Of a DNA stretch of 64,000 nucleotides, positions 37,309 to 50,316 are shown one piece after another. The stretch lies in assembly GCF_040938485.1 (NCBI RefSeq), contig NW_027271528.1, positions 1,302,001 to 1,366,000 of the forward strand, read 5' to 3'. Position numbers and translations under genes: made by a program. The notes beneath the pieces are model-generated. The model made no database searches. It was not told the DNA's origin and saw only the letters and a list, made by a program, of their open reading frames with translations. This DNA comes from Diadema antillarum. Taxonomy: Eukaryota. Each line of letters opens with the position of its first letter. Positions within the stretch are counted from its first letter, which is position 1.

Positions 37309-40300
37309 TCTTCCCCATTCCCTTTCAAATTGTGTAGTCTGTTTCACTTCTTCTATTCAGGGGGCAGGTGAAGTATGCTTTCTTGTCAGGTTAAAACCAG
37401 AGGTCAGTAAAAGTTCGAGAAGATTTTCTGAATTGTGTTTTGTTCAGACTTTTCGATGCGTTGAGGTCGTGTCTCCTTGGTACTCATATTTAGATTTTTA
37501 AAGAAATATCCCCTAAATCCATTCAAGTGAGTCTAGAACACGATACCGTAAATAGAAGGGATGGGGTCCTTCACCAGGGACCAGTATTTATTATTACGGT
37601 TAGTTGCTCTCTCGTCTTTTTACACTCTTCTGGAAATGAATAAACTTACCAAGGACGTCGTAGAGTGCGGGGAAATAAAACTATTGTACCTGCCTTTTTG
37701 TTCACCTTTTTTTTATAGGTCTCGTACTAGAGGGAGCGAACTAACCGCCTAGAAAACGAGCCTCCCAACGTGTCTTTGAAAAATGCAGATAACAAATGAT
37801 AGTAAATGGTATCATATACATACACTAACTCAGTTTGTGGGTATGCATGGGTGTGCGGGATGAATTTAGCATTCGCAATTTTCGAAGGGCAATTTGATGG
37901 TAGGGGTCAAATTCGTCATACTGTTTTGTTACTTCGCCATCAAAGTTAGCAATATTACACACGAAGTCATGCTGATCTGTGATATAGGCGCGCACCAAGT
38001 AGATCGAAATGTATACGTTCATATGTACTGCATTGAAATGTAGTCAGATCATCATTCCGGATATATGCTGCCATGATATAGATAGCGAATAATCTGACTC
38101 ATGTCGTGTCTAGACGTTAAGATTCAGATAGCTTTTTATATAACATTCCAATGTCTTTAGGCTATTGTTATTGACACCAGGCATGTGCTACAAATAATCA
38201 TGCCCAGTTCACATGGCTGTGCATTCCTTTTATGCATTCATTCTAACATTCCCGCCCTTTCATAAAAATGTTTTAAGTGACACAAAAACGCAAACACCAC
38301 AAAATAAACAACAAATCAAACAAAAATTCTGAACAACCCTCTGTCTACTCTCTGAGCAATCGGTTGGGAGCTGCTGGATTTATATCAGGACTAACCAGTA
38401 TTTTATATAGTAGTACTAGATACACGAAGAAAGAACATTAATCCCCTCCTGCAAAGCAATCTTAAAATGCCATTGACATTGCATACACAAATATGTTACC
38501 GACTGGACAGAAAAAGTTAAATGCTTCACACTGAATATGAGTATTGAGATAGGTGTGCCTGTGCTGGTAAAAAAAAAAGTGCAAACAAACCATGCCAGAA
38601 CACTTTCAGACACTCCGTGTGATCAGAAAAGGCATCCATTTACTGCAATAAGTAACGATGTTAGATTCGAGCAGCAGATCGGCGAGTTTTATTTAGGCAC
38701 GCGGTGTCATACAAGAAGGACGACAGAGAACTAGATTAGGGAAATCTGACAAGTATGAAGGAATATGAGATATGGAAATACATTTGTACCACAAACCAAG
38801 TCATCTTCTGTTGGAAGTAGAAGTAGTCGTCTTCATCACGTGACCATGACGTCACTTCCTAAATGATTCGAGTTCTGCACACAAATATACCAACGTGATG
38901 GGTTTACTTACTTGATATCTTACGCAGGTATACACTAAGTGATAGTAATCTCGGGTAAGGTCAGAAAGAAAATGTATCTTTGGAGAGCAAATGTTGAAAC
39001 ATTTCGCCCTTCAAGATGTGATGGTAAGGCGGGATCATTCAATATTATCCTATATATAACTTCGATATTACGTGTCTGTCTGATTCGTTTTAATATTCAC
39101 GGATCTGTTTTGATATTCTCATTGGTTTTATAAAGGTTTTATTCCCCATTGCAGTCAAAGTTTATCTTTCTTCGTGGTACGGGCTTTTTTTTCCTTCTTC
39201 TTCTTTTAAAGGGATGGTATAGTTTTGGTTGAGATGGGGCTTTAGGTTTTTCAACTTGTTTTGTGAGATAATGAGAAACCTCTTCGGAACTGAAATATGA
39301 AAGAGCGTACAAAGTCTATTTGATGAAAAATGGTTTTGAAATGGCTGAGATATCCTCAAAAAGAGAGGTCCTAACAAAAGATGGGACCTATACCTTTTAT
39401 TAGGACCACTTTGTTGTACTTTATTTTGTGATATCTCAGCCATTTCAAAACCGATTTTTATCAAATAACCTTTGAATTCCTCTTAGAATTGTATGCTCAT
39501 TACAAGAGGTTTTCATCATGCATGGTGACTAATGCTCTTAGGAATGATAAAGAAATAAAAAACTGTTACAAGCACATGGTCTGAGTACCACTTGTATACA
39601 CAACCTGAAAATAATTTTTTTCTGCACGGACCATAAATAGCTTGATTTTTAAGACAGAAAAAAGAGAAACAATAACTTTACGAGCACATCAATGCAATTC
39701 TTTTAATCTGAATCGGATTTTAATCTAAATCGGATTGAAACAAGGAAGTTATGATGTTGTAAAGATTCGCTTATTTTTGCATAAATATTCTAAATGTATA
39801 TTGTTCATAAATGTTTAAATAATGATGTCATTACCTCATGATTTTCCATTGATTTACAGCGTTCAAAAAGCTAACGAAAATTACATTCTTCTGCTGTAAA
39901 AAGTATTAAACAAGAATGTTACCCATAGCTGAATAACTTCAACGATGACCATCCAGATAGGATTTGAGTCTCAACTGCACTTGAACAAAACACCCGCAAC
40001 TTCACGTACAGCTTTTAATACGATTGAACAGCTGAATTTGGTAATAAGAAATTGACACAAGTGAAAGGATTAAAGTCTACAATGAACCACAGATTTATCG
40101 CCAACCCTAGCCTATTGTGTCGATTTATAATCAATGTCTTAGCTTTCCTCTGTTGGGTTCTGTCTTTTCTTTTGGAATGGTTAGTTAAAACAAACTCTGC
40201 CAGTTATTCCAGACAGTAACTTTACAATTTGGAGATGAACACTTGATCATCAGAAATGACAAGTATTGGTCTAACCACGGTCTTACAACACATACCCAGA

Positions 40301-40432
40301 AACACCTAAATCTGCATGCTTAACTGTTGACCGCACCCATTGAAAGTAACCCGACCAGAGTTGTTTGAGAGTTTATGTACATCATTACGATGATGTACTT
40401 TATCTTCAGTCTGTTTGCTTTGATGTACAATT

Positions 40433-40520
40433 GTAAAGCGCCTTGAGCATTTAATCAAAGTGGAGAACGGCGCTATATAAATTGTATGTATTATTATTAT
40501 TATTATCATTATTATTACAT
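40433..40520 (+). mobile_element. L2/SINE-type 3' tail
   Basis: tgtaaagcgccttgagcat...ggcgctatataaat followed by (TAT)n. Confidence 0.55.
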
Positions 40521-40818
40521 TTATGTCCAACCCGGATGTCCATATAGGCCGTTTTCGTAATGCATTCAAATTTATGGATGTTTCATTCCCGGGACCATAG
40601 ATACGAGCCATTCCATTAACCTGCTCTTCTTACATGAAATTCCTACCTATATAAATGTGTTTTGTAACAAAATATATTTTCTTCTTTTTTTTTCAATTTA
40701 TCGGGGGGGGGGGTACAAAAGGAACTCTTCGATCCCCTTCTGTTAATGATTGTGAAGCTGTATCAATGAACTCGTGGGTATTCTTTTCGCAACGATATTA
40801 AAACTCCCCGGGGCTTAC

Positions 40819-41006
40819 CAGTGGACGGCTCCGAAGGCGACGACCACGGCGTGTGTCAGCGAGCACACCTCGTTCCGCCATTTGTGTCTCTTGGCCGGGG
40901 CGACGAACTTTTCGTCTGGCGGACTCTTCCTCAGAGCCGCGTTGAGCAGCGAGAAGGCCAGTGAAGAGCCCACGAACATGGCGCCAACAGTTGCAGACGA
41001 CAACAT
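40819..41006 (-). CDS. TLCD2: TLC-domain protein TLCD1/TLCD2-like, exon 1; model join(41006..40819,36372..36287,33878..33796,32049..31642), 765 nt, 254 aa
   Basis: MLSSATVGAMFVGSSLAFSLLNAALRKSPPDEKFVAPAKRHKWRNEVCSLTHAVVVAFGAVH(C) matches the family W.W.N..VS..HS motif. Donor tg|GTAAGC, phase 2. Confidence 0.88.
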
Positions 41007-42589
41007 CTCAAAATGCTGGGTAGCGGGAATACGATTGCAAGATAGTGATAAAAAAAGGGATAGTTTTCTACTCCGGAGTCGCACTGTTTTGTATACCTGA
41101 CCGCTCCTATATGGACATCCCTAAAGGTCCGTGTCTTGGATTACTAAGTAGCCTACTTAGTATACCTACATGACGACAAGAACATTCCGCAATAGGAATG
41201 TTAACAAAACATAACGGTCCGAGCATCCGTATGAACTGTATACCCTGGGAGTAAAGTGTTGAATAGCCAAGTTTAAACTAAAGACTTTAAAATGGCAAGA
41301 CTGAACGTAGAATCCAGGACTTGCTCAGTACGACGACAGACAGAACGATTGATGGTCCCTGCAGTTGTGTGTAGCTCTAGAGAAACTATATACAATGGTA
41401 AGAATTATTCCCTGCTGTGTGTATATGTGTGTGGGTGTGTGCCATGTGCTTTTGTAGGTGCTGGCGAGATCCCGATTTGCATGATACGGCTGAACAAGTC
41501 AGTGGTTTCAACGGAAGGATAAATGCGGGCAACCATTCCGGTCACTTGGACATTCTTGAAACTTGAAGGATTCTTTTTTTCTCTCTCTCTCCCTCTCTCT
41601 CTCTCCCTCTCACTGTCTCACCCTCTCTTTATCTTATTTTTCGTTCTGTTGACTGACCCTGTTTCGGTTGAATCAGTTGAATCATTGAGTCGCTCTCACT
41701 TGTGCTTTTCCTGTCCAAGCAAAACGACTTTAACTCTAACCTGATGCTGTTCCTTTGAGGAGCTTTTCAAGATTAGATTTACCTTATGCGCTTTCAAGAT
41801 CCACGCACCATCAGGATGGAGTGTATTATAACCCACACCCCCCCCCCCCCCCCCCCCCCGGAAATGGTTCAGGACTGTGTCCTTTCGATAATAAGATGAG
41901 GATTTAACAGTATTGACAAGAAAAAGCAATAAATCGGTGTAAAGTTAAAGAGAAATCCGAGCTGTTATTTACCCTTTATCTGCCAGTGAGTCAAAATGTG
42001 CACATGAGCCTATTTCACACACATACCATGGACAGGAGATTACTGTGGTACGCAGAGGGTTAAGTAGATTATAGGCTTATAAACCACTTTTTAACAAAAA
42101 TAAAAATCACAAGATGTGTATCCTTTTGAAACACTTGGTCTGAAGATATGTACGCTGTACAGCACATTCTATTACATTTCATTCGACAATTGATACGTAC
42201 TGAACCTGAATTTAAGCATTTAAGCACTTGGGAGCTCTTTTATCTAATTAATAGTGTCCAGCTTTCAGGTGCTACACTTTGTAAGAGAGAATGCATTCAT
42301 TATAGTATACTCATATACTGATAACAGGGGGGGGGGGGGGGGGATCCACTCGGGAAGCGAAGGGTCAACGGAAATAGTCAATGTGTGACAAATATTCGGA
42401 ACGTTACACAGGAATATCGATATTAGTAATTTATGCAGCAGTAACCAACCACGAGTTTGAAAAACTGAAAATGATACTGGCTGAGGAGAGAGTACGTTGG
42501 TATAATAGTTAAAACACAGGCCGCAGAACGGTTTTTAAATTGGATGTGTCCAGGGTCCATCCTCTACAGACATTAATGCTCCTGGAAAT

Positions 42590-42603
42590 ATCATATATAT
42601 ACA

Positions 42604-42665
<62 letters not shown>
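42590..42665. repeat. (TA)n microsatellite
   Basis: Directly visible. Confidence 0.9.
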
Positions 42666-42668
<3 letters not shown>

Positions 42669-43577
42669 TGATGCCTTGGCGAATCTTTGGTTTAAGCATG
42701 GTTTGTTGATGGTCTTTTTCCAGAATTTAAATGTATTTTTTGTTTCTAAATCCAAAATGTAATTTTGGTGCGTTTTTTTTGTTTGTTTGTTTGTTTGTAA
42801 GTTTGCTTGTTTGTGTGTTTTTTTGTTGCAGCCAAAATTGGCGGGTTATAGGGACTGCAGCTACCCATCCCATCCCCTCTCCGTATTTGGGGTCCATGTA
42901 AGCCTTAGGCCTAGAGCAGCTGGTGTTCATCAACTAGGACATAAAACCATAATATTATAGAAGGCAATAATCGGCACACTATCAAAGTTGCATGATTGAT
43001 AATATGTTTTTTAGTTCATGCTTGACTCGTTGAAAAGTTTCTTTTCCGAAAATCATAACAAAGAATCTTTTATTATTTTTCAGGTAACGTTTAACTTTTA
43101 GTTCATAACTCCCCTTCTCCCTTCAAGAAAAATACCACAGCAAATAATTGTAGAAAACAAACCGTTTTTATCTCCATACGAAGGTATTGGTTCTAATTTG
43201 AGCATAGATATTCTCTATTCAGTGAATCGATATTCGTCAGAAAAGTTCGTGAACATCAGATTTATATTTCCAATCAAATCATTCATGAATGGTTACGGTC
43301 CTATACAGGCATAAGATTTTCTCTTTTTATTATATGATGTTCTCTCTGCAAAATTCTTGCTATTGTATTTTATCACGTCAATTTGCTTCATTTTCAGGGA
43401 AACAAGATTAAAGCTATTGTACTATGAAATAGATAATTATCTATTTGTTACAATCAGAGTGAATTATGGATTGTCAAATGGGGGTGCCGATCAATGTTGA
43501 CAAAGTTTACAACTTATAGAGATGAGCAGATAAAGATATTATAATGAAAGTTCAGAATAGCAGGATGTTATCTCATG

Positions 43578-43746
43578 CAGGGGCGGATCCAGGAATTCTG
43601 TAAAGGGGGGGGGGGGGGCGTGACTAATATTTCTGGTGCCACTTCCGGGTTTCATTTCATATTTTTCTTTTTATTTTCTTTGTTTTTAATGAAAATTAAA
43701 GGGGAGGGGCGTGCGCCGGTTGCGCCCCCCTCTGGATCCGCCACTG
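43578..43746. mobile_element. MITE with CAGGGGCGGATCCAG...CTGGATCCGCCACTG termini and 5-bp TSD, copy 2
   Basis: TSD TCATG at 43573-43577 and 43747-43751. Confidence 0.8.
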
Positions 43747-43859
43747 TCATGTGGCGTGTTTGTGAATCAGAGATGGAAAATGATTGCTTTATAAAACATT
43801 GACATGAATGTAATTCTGAGCACTGATGCTAGCGCATACTCAGTGATATCGAAAAAATG

Positions 43860-44662
43860 ATTCATTATGATGCGGGTGAGTCTTCAACGAACTTAATTAT
43901 CATTCTCAAGACTTCTTTCACGAGCAAAATAATTCAAACTTGGCATTAAAACATAATGACTTATTGTCATGGGATAATAAGATATATCCATGAAAGATGT
44001 TTTCGTTGTATTATAGGCTTGTTGCCAAATCAGGAATGATTTATGACACGTGATTTGAACTTCCGTGGCTTTCCTATCCCACTGCACTCTACATGATTGT
44101 ATTAGAAGGTTTCAAGATTAGTAAATGCAACAGCGCCATCTAAAGCTACAGCTCTGAAAGTGATATGGCACTGTTTTCGGATTAAAAATCTAACTGGTTT
44201 GAATTGACAGGACTTGAAGAGAGTAAAATTGGATTCAGTCTTCATGTTTGAGTCTTGCAAGGCAAGGTTACTTGAATATCCGAGTCGTTCAATAAACTCT
44301 AGATTGTACAAGGTTTCACCTTCTGTTGACTTTTCACCGACGTGCAGAGCGCAGAACCACGATCGGGGTTCATCTTTTCATTGAGGGTTGCCTTAGACTT
44401 ATATACATGATATTGTATATTAGTGTTACGACATATTGATTAATTCATTCATATTTCATGAGTCGCATAGGCTTCCTCTGTAACTACACTTTTCTCATAT
44501 TATATTCATAGTGACAAATGTTAAATGCTGCATATTACTGATGATTGCTTACTCACCATTTTATTTCAACATTCATCTATAGGCCTAATTTATATACATA
44601 TTAATAGATATAGATATTATATTGCCATGCTCTGAACCTGAAAGGGATACATGACATAACAG

Positions 44663-44695
<33 letters not shown>

Positions 44696-44960
44696 GAGGG
44701 GGAGGGGGTCTTTAATGACACTCTCTTCTAGGTGCCCCAAACCGCAAAATCTGAAAATAGAACGGTGGTAAATTTTTAAATTGAATCATGTCATAATTCG
44801 CTCGCTTCACGAATCGTCTATAGTTAGCACTTCGCGTCCTACAAAAATACACCTTTATGGCTGGATGGCATGTATGGTCGAAAACAGACGTCAGGTGGCG
44901 AGTAAAAGAGCGTGGCAGTTTTATTCGCGTGTTCCACATGCTCGTGAGCCGCATTAGGGG
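43860..44960 (-). mobile_element. decayed Tx1/L1-like LINE ORF2 C-terminal remnant
   Basis: Minus-strand frames give FKNLPPFYFQIL (cf. LP.FY..IL..W) and a disrupted D..C.F..N.ET..H..EC zinc-knuckle-like segment with stops. Confidence 0.45.
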
Positions 44961-45869
44961 GCTTAATGACCACTTCCGCGCCTCGTTCTCTAATTAGGAA
45001 ATTTGACGAAATGACGTGTTCGGGACTAGAAGCTGTACCGTTTGGATCGCTGGATTGGATAGCCCGAGTCCTCTTTCTGTTTCAGACCATGCGTCCTTAT
45101 TTATCATCGAATGGGGGAAAATAAACTTCTGATAACAATAGGCTGCCAAGCAACAACAGATAATCATATCGCACCTGTTCTAAGGTTTACACGTAAACGT
45201 TACGGTTCGTATTGCTTCTGTACGAGGGAAAGTGCTAGTATCGCCCTCCAGCTATATGTTTGTCTAATTAGTAACGCGTCTAGTAAACGCTTCTTGATTA
45301 AGCATGTAATACCGTAATAATCATTATCTTCGATATGTTCTTCTTTTAACTTGGATCTCTAGAACACTGAGAAACAAAAGTATTTGGTTTTCGATTTTGC
45401 CTTGAGCGCAATCATAATAGAGGAACCTCTCTATGCTAAATTAAGCTATTGTGGGGTCTTTTTTTTCTGACCCTTAATGTCATAGATATATATGGGATGC
45501 ATATTGTTGTATAGATATTGTCATAAGAGTTGGAAACAAAAGACGCACTGCTTTCTGGTTTATTTGAGGTTTGATCTATACTGCTTGTCCATGCCACGTC
45601 AGAACAGTAACAAGGCATCCTGTCTGCCAAGCTGATGGTTGTTTCCGCAGCAAAATAGTGGCAACAAGAACGGGGTGATTATATTTCGATCAAACATTAT
45701 TTATGCCGTGAAAATTATTTTCGCTTCGAGATCTTCTGTGCGGTTGGATAAATCTCAAGGGAAATGCTCCGTGGTCACAAGTTTGGTAACATAACATGGA
45801 TTCTCTAGTTTGGATTAAATTCGTTGGGATTCATCTTGACGTGGCCACTGCATGAGTGACCAAGCTACC

Positions 45870-46033
45870 AAGGGATCGGAATGGCAGCGTTAAGCCCCCT
45901 TTAAAGGTCTACACAATGAGGATAAAGTGTCTTGCCTGTAAGGGACCTGACCGCTGCAGTAGCCAGGGGATTCGAACCAGCAACCTCACGAATCACGACT
46001 GAGAGTATGCGATCTTTTCCACCGAGCCTTGCA
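45870..46033 (-). mobile_element. tRNA-derived SINE (head and part of body)
   Basis: Minus strand ggctcggtgg...gctggttcgaatcccc (B-box)...ggcaagacactttatcctca; the body may extend further left. Confidence 0.65.
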
Positions 46034-46227
46034 CATTAACGACTGTCATCAAACTGGATCGTGCTCATGAGTTCTCTCATCTTTGTGTCCCACATTATGT
46101 TATACTTCGTAAGTTTTTCGGTGTTTATGTATGCAATATCCGTGTTGTAGATATTTTGCTCAGTTGCAAGTAGCCTACTATTAGAATGCAAGGCATTTTG
46201 TGTGGCTTTGTACATAAACAGCTCGTA

Positions 46228-46437
46228 TGGGGTGTTGCAAGAAAGCCGAGTTGCAATCAATACCCAAATATCTATTGCAAAATTTGCAATAGATGGAGTA
46301 ATTGCAACTTGCAATCAATCGCAAGTTTCCGTTGCAAGAATTCAGGGAGCTTGTAATCAATCGCAAAGTTATGCAACTTTCTTGCAACAGAATCGACTGT
46401 AACTTGCAATTGATTGCAACTTTCTTACAACACCCCC
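46228..46437. mobile_element. PIF/Harbinger-like MITE
   Basis: TIR ggggtgttgcaagaaag / ctttcttacaacaccccc, TTA on the right flank, many internal TTGCAA subrepeats. Confidence 0.65.
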
Positions 46438-49400
46438 TTAGCCGTGTTGAAAAAACGAAACCCTCTGAAAACCAATAACATAATCCGTAAAAGATTTGCT
46501 CTGTTCTTCCTTCCAAACGATTTACCCAAACTATTTTGTTTGCTTTTTATACTTGTCAGTACGATCTCACGAAGTTCTCAAACACTTAGAATGTATTGAT
46601 ATAATGAGAAAGATTATATCCCAGTAAACCTCATTCAAACTCTAAGCATACGTGAAGTGTAGAGAACAGAATCATTTATTCACGGTGATGCCTTGTCACG
46701 ATGCATGCGTGACTTTCGTTAGAGTGTGATGAACGATTGAACGAGACACGATGATCGCCTCGATCTCTTAGCACTCTCGACGCGCCAATCAGAGAACAGC
46801 GTCAGAGCTACGTCATACAAGTTGTCATCAGGGCACGCCCTTCGAGTACAGTCGGAGAAAGCGGGTCAGCTTTGCTGATTTCATATCTCCCCTGAATCAG
46901 CTTGATATTTAAATCAAATTACTGGGCAAAGGAAAGTATGCATTTCTCTAAGATATTCTCGTACTAAAATATATTTTCATATCTATATTTCAAAAGGTTG
47001 GTTTATGAATATAATAAAATTTATGGATAATATTCCTTTGATTAACAAATAATTCCATCAACATTTATACATACACTATGCATTTCATGACTTGCTAAAT
47101 CAACTTTGCATGCCTTGGTTGATGCTATGTCAGGCAGTTTCTTTTTTATTTGTAATAAAATGCTGTGTCATAATAACTTTGTCATAATTATATAAGGTAT
47201 GCAAGTAAATCGAATATGTTAGCAAACCAATTTTTTTTTTTCTGCAATGAGCATGAGACAGAGAGAACTACACACATACAATAAAATTGAATCACGCACA
47301 AACACTGATGTTAAATGTACACTACAATGATATTTAATGGTGGTTATACTGCTTGTACATGTATTTACAAATGCAATATCTGATTTGGAAAAAAACAACA
47401 ACACAATTACTAATGATTACTTTGACACTGACAAAACATCATTAACACAAAGTATCATGGCTGGTATACACACTTACAATACAAACACAGGGGAAATACT
47501 GTCCTCTGATCATTTACTTTTAATTTTGAAACATTTTTGTAATGTTATCTGTAAGAAAGCTGAAGGTATATAACAGATGAAGGATAAGCAAAGTTCTAAA
47601 TCATTACACATTCTCTGTCTTTTCAACATGCAACACAATTTTTCTTTTCTGGTAAAACAAAAGAACTAGAACTTATACAATCACATCTTCTAGGTTCTCT
47701 GTAATAACATGCTGCTACATCCAATTAACCTAGCATGATAGAAAAATATCTTTCACATAAGTTGCAAGTCTTTGTGTCAATACATACAATTATCAGATTG
47801 ATACACCATCATTTTACTTTGTGTATCATAAACTTCATTAACTGTGTGTTCTTTAACACAAGGAAAGGCTCAGAAGTAAAAAGAGCCAACAAGCAATGAA
47901 AAAATTCTAGAAACCCTTTCTAATTAAGTTCTACATTATTTGGTGTTAGAGTTTAGAGGTTGAAACGGCTGCTTGCTACTGTCATTTAACAATAAAAGAG
48001 GACACTTTTTACACTTTCATGTGGAAAATAAGTATCATGGTGAACTATTTATCTCATCTACAGTATATCTAAAAAAATCTTTTTATATAACAGCGATCAT
48101 GGACATCAGCATTCCATCAATGTTCACAAAAGAGCTTTGTTTGTTTTACAAAACAGCCACAGCTAGAATATACCCTTCAACACTTATGATAATCGTCTCA
48201 TGTATTTTGATTATGCTTAGATTAGCTTGATTTGTGTTTTTTTTTTGAACCACAAGAATGTGAGATTCTTAATCTTGAATTTGCATGAAATGACGCGTGC
48301 TCATCTTCATGTTGTATTATTATGAAAGAATGTTGCACATTTAAGTTAATCATCCTGTTTTCAATTATTTTTCTGTTAGATTCAGATATTACTCAATAAC
48401 TTTGTTTCATTAACTCTGTGTCACATTAATGTACAAAATGGGAATGCAGAGATAAAATCAAGCATACAAAATTGACCTTTGGGCAAACAATCTTGGAAAT
48501 ACAGTGATTTGTGGAGATAGGTAGGAAGTATCAAGTCAGCAGATGCAGATAAACTATAAAGTTCCCCATATGAATATGATCTTATTCATCGCACCTATTT
48601 CAAAATGTCCATACACAATATACACCTGCTGGATGGCAAACTCTGCACCAGGCAAACCGCTGGTGATAGTGGAGTCGTGCGACATCTGGACATCTGCGAC
48701 AAATATTTGAACAAATGCCATACTGACTTGTCACTTCATTCCCATCCCCTCTCTCCATTATCAACATGAGACATCAATAAAACTTGATCTTCTATTGCAA
48801 ACAGCTAGACCATGCATTCTGTACATTCATAAACTTTTGATACATGTACATGACATAAAAAAAAGAAAAAGAAGATGATGACTACTTTTGAGTATTTACA
48901 ACCTTTGAATCCACAAGACAGCTGTACATGTCCTTATCATTAGGTTTACTCTTTTCCACAAAGTCCTTTAGAAAAATCCCAGGGATCAGAAAGACATTAT
49001 CGCCTCTAAGACATGGACCTCCATCATTGTCAATGAGACTGAAAATTATTGGGGATACCATTGCATTCACCATAAAAACGTGTGAAAATCTGAATGATAT
49101 CCCACACATATTTGCATCAGGCACATAAACAAGTGAACAAAACTAACAAAGAAGCCTGCTCTAAGCACTTTCCAGTGGAGATAAAGCTATCACAAGGAAT
49201 TATGATACACATTTTATAGTAATGAATATTTTTTGTTGCATTTGTAAAGCAGCAGACAGACAATATTGCATGGTGCCCTGGCATGCTGCTTTTATCAGCC
49301 AACACTACAAAGTGGAAAAGATAGTAATAGAAAAGAAGAGACTAACAGCACTGCTAGAGAAATTGAGCAAAGACAGTCATATAAGTATATATATATATAT

Positions 49401-49438
<38 letters not shown>

Positions 49439-49530
49439 AATAAATGTACACATGTATCTAAAAAAACAGCAACAGAGGCATACTACGACACATCAGAAGA
49501 AAGATGGACGAAGTATCAGAGCAAGAGTAA

Positions 49531-50316
49531 GAGAAACATATAATAGAGAAAGATATGATAGAGAAACATATGTAGAGAAAGATATGACAACAAAAGATAT
49601 GACAGAGAAACGTATGACAGAGAAGGATATGATAGAGAAAGATATAACTAGAAAGATATGATAGAGAAAGATATGACAGAGAAACATGATAGAGAAAGAT
49701 ATGATAGAGGAAGATATGACAGAGAAATATATGATAGAGAAAGATATGACAGAGAAACATATGACAGAAACATATGATAGAGAAACATATGGCAGAGAAA
49801 CATATGATAGAGAAAGATATGATAGAGAAAGATATGACAGAGAAACAAATGATAGAGAAAGATATGACAGAGAAACATATGACAGAGAAACATATGATAG
49901 AGAAACATATGGCAGAGAAACATATGATAGAGAAAGATATGATAGAGAAAGATATGACAGAGAAACATATGACAGAGAAACATATGATAGAGAAAGATAT
50001 GATAGAGAAAGATATGACAGAGAAAGATATGATAGAGAAATATATGAAAGAGAAAGATATGATAGAGAAACATATGACAGAGAAACATATGATAGAGAAA
50101 CATATGATAGAGAAACATATGATAGAGAAAGATATGACAGAGAAAGATATGATAGAGAAATATATGATAGAGAAAGATATGATAGAGAAAGATATGACAG
50201 AGACACATATGATAGAGAAAGATATGATAGAGAAACATATGACAGAGAAACATATGACAGAGAAACATATGACAGAGAAACATATGATAGAGAAAGCTTT
50301 GATAGAGAAAGATATA
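49531..50316. repeat. 15-bp minisatellite (atatga[t/c]agagaaa[g/c]), about 50 copies
   Basis: Directly visible; explains the YDRET, MIEKD, FLYHM and VSLSY ORFs. Confidence 0.95.

Noticed and set aside
40774-41100. 108-aa plus-strand ORF
   Set aside because: Antisense shadow of TLCD exon 1.
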